Of a stretch of 64,000 nt of DNA, positions 57,805-64,000 are shown piece by piece. This DNA is from a virus: the IMG/VR virus record IMGVR_UViG_3300025030_000062, positions 1-64,000 of that record; one strand, written 5' to 3'. A program made the position numbers and the translations under genes. The notes under the pieces are model-generated. The model was not told the origin of the DNA and made no database searches. It worked only from the letters and a program-made list of their open reading frames with translations. The first letter of the stretch is position 1, and each line of letters opens with the position of its first letter.

Positions 57805-59517
57805 TTAATCCCACTCAACACCAGTAACTTCATAATACTGACCGGTTTTCATTACCTTGATTCGCTTTGGCACACGTAACTGAGATACGTAAAGTAAAGC
57901 TTCGTCAGTGCTAGTAGGCGGTTCTGATGCATGGCGTTGACGCCACCAGTTTTTGAATCTTGTTAGAGCAAATCCCTTGTGTTGTGGGCATTGCCACTCT
58001 GAAAACTTTTGCAGTCCTGAGTAATACGAAACTTTGATACTAGGTTCTGAGCCAATCTTAGTATGCTTGTGGTAGATAACCCTTGTTACTTCTTTGATTT
58101 CTTCTGTTGGAACTTCACCGGCAAGCACAGGTGCTGTTCCTGATGTACTAAGTAACTTTGTTTTGAATATAAACTCTGCGCCACAACCTTCATCAGAACG
58201 ATATGGTTTACCGCCGCAATAACGAGCTGAAGGATGGTTGTATATTCCACATATAACACCATCATGAACAGCTTCGCATGTTTTGATTGGCATTTCACCA
58301 ACCTTATCACCTTTCTTGCGAGGTAAACGTGGATCATTTATTGGACCCAACCGCTTAGTGTTCGCTGCGAAGTCTAAAATACGACAATTTCGCTTAGTAT
58401 ATTCGAATCCTGCTATGTACTGTTCAGGATTATTGCAATCATAAGGTCTAGTTCCCCTTCCGTATTTCTGAACATGGTTGCCGGTTGAAACGGTAGGGTA
58501 AAGATCAATAATCATGTCAATTGGAGGGTGATCAAACCCTTTAACAAGAACCTTGTAGCCAACCAATGCTTTAATCTTAGCCGTTTTAAATGCTTCGAGC
58601 CGTTCCTTACGTTGTTCCTTGGTGATCTTCGAATGAACAAATGTAGCAGATATGCCTAAGCTTTGAAGCATTTCGGCAATGTGTTCGCAATGTTCTACAC
58701 CTGAAGCGAAAACTAACCAGCAATGTCTGTTATCTTCATAGCCAATCTGAACCGACTCGCGCAGTGCTGCAAAGGTAATTTCTTGTTTATCAACAGCTTT
58801 TTGCAATGTACCTTGAGCGAAATCACCTTTGCTCATGCCCACATTAGAAACATCCAACTCAAAGGATGTGGGGCGCGCTATCGGCGGCGACAAGTATCCT
58901 TCTGCAATAAGCCTGTTGAACGGGTGAAGCTGTGTAATGTCAAAGCAAACGTCATCAAATAGCCTGTTATCGCCCTCAGTGAGCAATCCTTGACCCATTC
59001 TGTAGATCGTCGCGCTAAGACCAACTACGCGAAGGTTTGGATTAATTTCGTTCATCTGACTAACTATTTGACGATAACCTGTTTCTTCATCAGGAGAAAC
59101 ACCCTGAACTTCGTCTATGATGATAATGTGACGAAACCCGAACGCTGGAATATTGTTTCTAACGCTACCTAGCGAACCAAAGATAATAGGATAAGCTATT
59201 TCCTTTTTATCTAATCCTGCGCAATAAACACCAGCAGGAGCATTAGGCCAAAGCTGAAGAAGTTTCTTATGGTTCTGTTCAACTAGCTCTTGACTATCTA
59301 CCAATTGCATGATTCGCATATGTGGAAAGTAGCTAAGCAATAACTGGATTAGACCAGCTATTACAATCGCTTTGCCACTACCTGTGGGCATGGCTGCGAT
59401 TGTGTTTCCTGTCTCATTTTCATAGAGATAATTCAAGAAAGCATAAATGCATTCAATTTGATAGTCACGCGGAACTAACGCTGGTTTTTCAAATGAAGTT
59501 CTTTCTGAAGCTGACAT
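57805..59517 (-). CDS. SF2 DNA helicase (RadD/YejH-like)
   Basis: PRDYQ, MPTGSGKA, IIDEVQ, GLSAT, GFDHP, QKYGRGTR. Confidence 0.9.
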   Translation of the reverse strand: MSASERTSFEKPALVPRDYQIECIYAFLNYLYENETGNTIAAMPTGSGKAIVIAGLIQLLLSYFPHMRIMQLVDSQELVEQNHKKLLQLWPNAPAGVYCAGLDKKEIAYPIIFGSLGSVRNNIPAFGFRHIIIIDEVQGVSPDEETGYRQIVSQMNEINPNLRVVGLSATIYRMGQGLLTEGDNRLFDDVCFDITQLHPFNRLIAEGYLSPPIARPTSFELDVSNVGMSKGDFAQGTLQKAVDKQEITFAALRESVQIGYEDNRHCWLVFASGVEHCEHIAEMLQSLGISATFVHSKITKEQRKERLEAFKTAKIKALVGYKVLVKGFDHPPIDMIIDLYPTVSTGNHVQKYGRGTRPYDCNNPEQYIAGFEYTKRNCRILDFAANTKRLGPINDPRLPRKKGDKVGEMPIKTCEAVHDGVICGIYNHPSARYCGGKPYRSDEGCGAEFIFKTKLLSTSGTAPVLAGEVPTEEIKEVTRVIYHKHTKIGSEPSIKVSYYSGLQKFSEWQCPQHKGFALTRFKNWWRQRHASEPPTSTDEALLYVSQLRVPKRIKVMKTGQYYEVTGVEWD

Positions 59518-59536
59518 GTTTAGCCTTTAAATGAAG

Positions 59537-59890
59537 TTAAATCCCAACACACCGACAAACGCACTCGCCTGAACAGAAAGCAAAGTTACCATAAAACGTA
59601 GCGTCATCTTCATGAACTTCTTTACCGCATTGCTCGCAACTAACAGTTCCATTGAACGGAACGTATTCGCCGATACCTTTAGAGGAAAACTGGTTCTTAG
59701 TAGGGTCATAAACAGTACCGTCCTGGCGCGTAGTCCACCAATGCGGCTGCTTGCCCCAAAGAGGACAGTGATAGTGACCGCGAACCAAAGTAAGGCTAGG
59801 ATCGGCTGCTACGGCTGCTTCTGACATCTCCTTGCACTTGCCGCGATACTTTAAGTAGTCGTTTAGTTCAGTGGCGTTTAGTTCAGTCAT
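59537..59890 (-). CDS. Cys-His-Asp protein with a C-terminal Zn finger
   Basis: GKC...PHWW...DPT; CEQC...FCSGEC; GAGG RBS before MTELN. Confidence 0.6.
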   Translation of the reverse strand: MTELNATELNDYLKYRGKCKEMSEAAVAADPSLTLVRGHYHCPLWGKQPHWWTTRQDGTVYDPTKNQFSSKGIGEYVPFNGTVSCEQCGKEVHEDDATFYGNFAFCSGECVCRCVGI

Positions 59891-61239
59891 TTCAACACCT
59901 CGCCTACAACTACGCCGCATTTGCATTGTGCTTTAGGTCTATGATCCAGTTCACGGTAGAGTTTAAGCAGACAGTAAATACAAAGATCATCTACATAACT
60001 AATTTCAACTTTAACTTTCTTGTATTGTCTGCTAGCATCAGACTTGAATTCCTGGTTAGCGTTAGTGTCTGTTGTAATCTCAGTATCGCAAATATCGCAA
60101 AAGCGTTTAATCATCTCAGTTCTCCTTTATGATGTGTTTACCAAAGCTAACTAGCATCAGCGCAATACGCATTTCATCTTCGCTCATAAGGCTAAGTTCC
60201 TCAACAGAAAGCTCACCCTTAGAAGCTTTAAGGCTTCTTTCTCCTAAAGGGCTACCAAGGAATTCGACAACTTCAACAAGCATTTGGTTGAGCTTTTCGT
60301 TCATCATTCCTTCACCTCAGACATAAGGTTATCTAACTCAAGCAAGCGTAGAAACGTTTCAGGCGTATCTTCACCTTTAGTGATAGTTTCTTCGATAGCT
60401 TTCAGTTCTTCGTATATTTCGGTGCGGGTCATGTTTAGTTCTCCTTACAAGCCGGTGCCGCGTGATAAACAGGTCGATCTGCACCACCAGCGGCTGAACA
60501 TGCTCGACAACAAACTGTGTCAAACGGTACGCACTCGCTAACACCTTCCCATTCTCTTTCAAGATCATCAATCAATTCTTCAGCGGAATGAGCACCGTAT
60601 GCTTGTTCTTCATTATCTTCATCCTTAACAGTTAAATCCCAACCACCAGTTTCATATTTAATTGCGGGATTGTAAGTAAGACTGATGATTTGCAAGCCTA
60701 GTTCTTTGCATTTTTGTTCAATCTTGTTTCGGTTGCTTACCATTCTTAACCTCCTATTTAATTAAAACTACGACTAATCTTAGGAACGTCTACAGGACTC
60801 GGTTTTTCTTTCTGGCTGGCTTGTATTTCTTCCTTTGTCAACACAGGAATAGCATCGCCTTTCAGTCTACGAATGTCAAAGTCACAGAACTCAATAGCAG
60901 CACCAGTTTTCTCTAGCTTGCCGCTAGGCTGAACATCGACATGAACGCAACCGCTTATATGCAGGCACAAAGACACGGCAGTTCCAGTAAAACCGGTAGC
61001 GATGTCAGTAACCTGAGTACCTAACACATTCAGCGGCAAATCAGGTTCGGGTATCCTAGTTCCACCTTCAAGGCGTTCTTCAACAACCCATATCTTTTTG
61101 ACAGGATGACCGGTTTCAGGGTTAATACCTTGCGGTTGAAACAGGTAAAGGCGGTTGTTGTTAATTTCAACTTGCATGTGAGTAACCATACCTTTAGAGC
61201 CGGTTGCCTTTTCAAACACAATAGAGCCGAGTTCAATCA
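59887..61239 (-). CDS. Small hypothetical ORFs (59887-60114, 60116-60307, 60435-60743, 60758-61239)
   Basis: RBS motifs; 60758-61239 has an internal two-fold repeat (LGxxVxxxATGxxG). Confidence 0.55.
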
Positions 61240-61302
61240 TTTGTTTCTCCTTTACGTGAATAGGTGCGGGGTTATATGCATTAGTTGTCATTCGGTTACT
61301 CC

Positions 61303-62310
61303 TTAAATGATAGATTCCCACATACTACAAGCATTAGGTATAGCTTCCTTCGGTACTATAGCATTCCATTGTTCACAGAACCAATTAGCATCTTCGACAG
61401 GTCTGCATTTGATACAACTACGACAATTGACATCAGCAGGTTCGTTAAAGAAGCAAGGATTACGATGATCACAATAAGTACATTCAAAGAACGCAGGACT
61501 CATGCTAATACCACTCGGCGGCGTTTGAGAAAAGATTATCATCCCCGCTTTGCGTTCCAAGGCCTCACCTAGCGCGTGATCTAGCTTAAGCACTTCGATA
61601 TGCAATTCATCATCGTTCTTGTTCACAGCCATGTAAATACCGTAGTTCAAGTTCAGCTTATACCCGTAAATTGACATTTGCCGATAGTGCTGAGCTTTCT
61701 TTACCTGCATTCCCTTAGCTACAAGTTCATCAAAGTTCTTACCTTTCTTGCCAACTCCGTTAGTCTTAAATTCGTCCAAGAAAACAACATCTTCGCTAAT
61801 ACCGTATTGTGCGGGTAACGTACACATTCCATCAATAGAGCCGCCGAAATGACCTTGACAGGCTGATATACGAATTTGCCGCTTCCCTTTGTCTAGGATT
61901 ACTCCGCGTTTCTCAGCTTCAACTTCGTGAACAGCAATACCTTCAACAAGATCAGCTTCAATGGCTTGGTTAGGGTTAGCATAAAAATATTCGTCACTAG
62001 GAGCATGATAAAAAAGCACCTTATCAAACATCGTAACCTTGCAACCAATCCCCTCAAGGTAACTCACAAAGCGAGGTTCTTCAAAGTGACCGCGCTGAAA
62101 CAGCCGATATTGCCTACCGTCATGAACAGTGTGCTTAATCCAGCGAAAGCTGTACCATAAATGGCGGCAACAGTCGTGACCGATTAAGCTAGCTCCAAGA
62201 TGCGAACGCGGCCCTTCGTTGTAGCGTTTGACACAATAATCATCAATATCAGACTTAATGCGCCGTGCTAGTGCCGGTAGTGCGCCTGGGGATTCGAGGT
62301 TGAGGGTCAT
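61303..62310 (-). CDS. PD-(D/E)XK exonuclease (Cas4/RecB-like)
   Basis: RSHLGAS...C.RHLWY...FQRGH..E; GSIDG, DEFKT, QMSIY, CTYCDH...C. Confidence 0.85.
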   Translation of the reverse strand: MTLNLESPGALPALARRIKSDIDDYCVKRYNEGPRSHLGASLIGHDCCRHLWYSFRWIKHTVHDGRQYRLFQRGHFEEPRFVSYLEGIGCKVTMFDKVLFYHAPSDEYFYANPNQAIEADLVEGIAVHEVEAEKRGVILDKGKRQIRISACQGHFGGSIDGMCTLPAQYGISEDVVFLDEFKTNGVGKKGKNFDELVAKGMQVKKAQHYRQMSIYGYKLNLNYGIYMAVNKNDDELHIEVLKLDHALGEALERKAGMIIFSQTPPSGISMSPAFFECTYCDHRNPCFFNEPADVNCRSCIKCRPVEDANWFCEQWNAIVPKEAIPNACSMWESII

Positions 62311-62628
62311 TTACTCACCGGTTCAATAAAGCGAACGTCTGTAGTTTCAATATCGGTGACTATATACTGCTTACCTTCCATTTGACTAACATCAGTCCAG
62401 CGAATGTTAAGCGCATAAATAACAACACCATGCTTCGCAGCAATGTTCTCTAAACAAGTAGCAAGTTCCTCGTTGATGCTGTTCATCCTTTACTCCTTTC
62501 CAGCCCAACCAAAGCAAGCGCAATTGGACCGTTCTCGTAGCTATCAACAAGCTCGTTCAGCTTGGTAACACATTCGTTAATTGCAGCTTGATCTTCAGGA
62601 GACATCATTGAAATAGCGCCTTTGAGCA

Positions 62629-63937
62629 TTAGGATTTGGTTTTGCATTTGCATTCTCCGTTTTCCATGTTGTTAGCCAATTGTCGTAACGCCGCTATTAT
62701 GTTAGCAGCGTAGCCTGAATTCGTGCGTTCGTTAGTATTCGTGTCATATAAAGCAACACAAATAAGATTTGAATCTTTGCATTTGTAAAGATCAAGAGCC
62801 AGTTCTTTACCTTTAAGGTTGATCACGTTTAACCCTCCTCAATAGGAACCCAACCGTCGCCAATACTGTAAGCAAGGTCAAGTTCTTCTATGGTATGACC
62901 TCTAGGAATCTTTACTTTGATGCTAAATCCTTCACACTGAATATAAACTTCTTCAGTCCACATTTCAGATTGATGATAGGTAGGCGTTTGCATCCTCAAC
63001 CCTCCTTCAAAAGTTTAGCCAACTCAGTCTCAGCAATCTTAACTTCAGCCTTGTTAGCTTGACGAATCAGAACAGTTTCACCTTTGTTAATAGCGTGTCT
63101 GATAAACTGCCAATCGCGCCTACCGCCTTTGGTATCGTAGAATTCACCGATACGCGAGCCGCTTTCCTGGTAGTATTTCGGGCCTAGGTAGAAGAGTTCT
63201 ATTGACATATCAAACCCCGCTTAAGCATTTCAGCTTCAAACACTTTAACCATTTCGGCGCAATATTCAACGCCGAATCTCCCAGCTTTGCTTGCTGCTCC
63301 ATCAGGTAAGAAAGAGTTTCGAGCTTCAACTAAGCGTATATCACCTAGCTCGGATATCTTAACTTTATTGATCTTCATTCAGCTTTCCTTTCTTGCAACT
63401 TCACAACCGCTAACACTTCATCGTCGCTGACATAATAGCAAGCCGAAATGTGTTCACCTAGTTGAATACCGTCTTTAACATATACGTTATAAATTGAGCC
63501 ATCAGCATCGCGCTTAACTATCATGAATTCGGCTTCCATCGCATTGCCTCCTTATAATTGTGGGTAAATTAATGATCAGGTTCGGCGTTTTCATCAATTC
63601 GAGCACCTTCAGGCAAAGCGATATCATCAAATTGCTCAGCAAACGCACAAGCTTCCTGATAAGTTTCAGCAGTAGGACAAGCACCGTCATGTTCATCCAT
63701 CCACATGACACAAAGACCATCTAAAGCATTCTGCAAAGGGCAATCATTACAACCAACTTCGTCATTACCGGCAAATTCAGGATTTTCAACTTTCATTCGG
63801 TTTCTCCTTTGGGGGTTAAAGTAGCCTACTGGAATTGGTTCAAGGTCAGGAGCGCCACATTCTCTGCACTCAGTAGCATCAGCGTCGTTATCAGCTTCAC
63901 ACCATTCGCAAACTTTAAAGTCAATTTCCGGTTGCAT
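62629..63937 (-). CDS. Small hypothetical ORFs (62629-62826, 62996-63208, 63569-63937 and shorter ones)
   Basis: ORF track; RBS motifs. Confidence 0.5.
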
Positions 63938-64000
63938 AACTTCTCCGCTCCTTCATCTTAAACTTTTGCCCCTCAGTACAAGGACCGCAATGTTCGCCAA

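Noticed and set aside
61303-62310. CRISPR-Cas system (Cas4-like nuclease)
   Set aside because: No repeat-spacer array or other cas genes; typical stand-alone phage exonuclease
1-64000. Alternative genetic code or stop-codon reassignment
   Set aside because: Core genes translate full length in code 11, with TAA, TGA and TAG all used as stops

Overview
The window is a 64-kb segment of a tailed dsDNA phage (siphovirus-type, roughly 40% GC). No integrase, CRISPR array, rRNA or canonical tRNA was found. The + strand (0.5-48.2 kb) starts with an accessory/early region: SLOG/YspA, RtcB RNA ligase, three proteins sharing a repeated 'PFDxLxxGxSF' domain, DUF4326, SEC-C, VRR-NUC and an SLT transglycosylase. 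Next come a ~660-nt structured non-coding cluster with two tRNA-like elements whose anticodon arms are replaced, a lysis-like cassette (M15 endolysin, lipoprotein, class-3 lipase), and packaging genes (HNH, TerS, GIY-YIG endonuclease, TerL). These are followed by a 10-gene insert, an HK97-type head, neck and tail genes with a -1 frameshifted chaperone, a 1493-aa tape measure, and several beta-helix/FN3 receptor-binding proteins. The - strand (48.3-64 kb) carries the replication/recombination module: family-B polymerase, sliding clamp, SF2 helicase, PD-(D/E)XK nucleases, HNH endonucleases, a macrodomain protein and many small ORFs. The signals least explained by gene annotation are: (1) the tRNA-mimic/ncRNA array at 9.3-10.0 kb, in a genome that also encodes RtcB; (2) a dispersed 9-mer WTGTGGGYA, about 25 copies found by eye; (3) GC-rich, apparently helically phased islands every ~4-6 kb that resemble strong gyrase sites; (4) a perfect kissing-loop leader upstream of the GIY-YIG/terL transcript. 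Family assignments come from motif recognition only; no database searches were run. A Desulfobacterota/Geobacter-like host is a weak guess.
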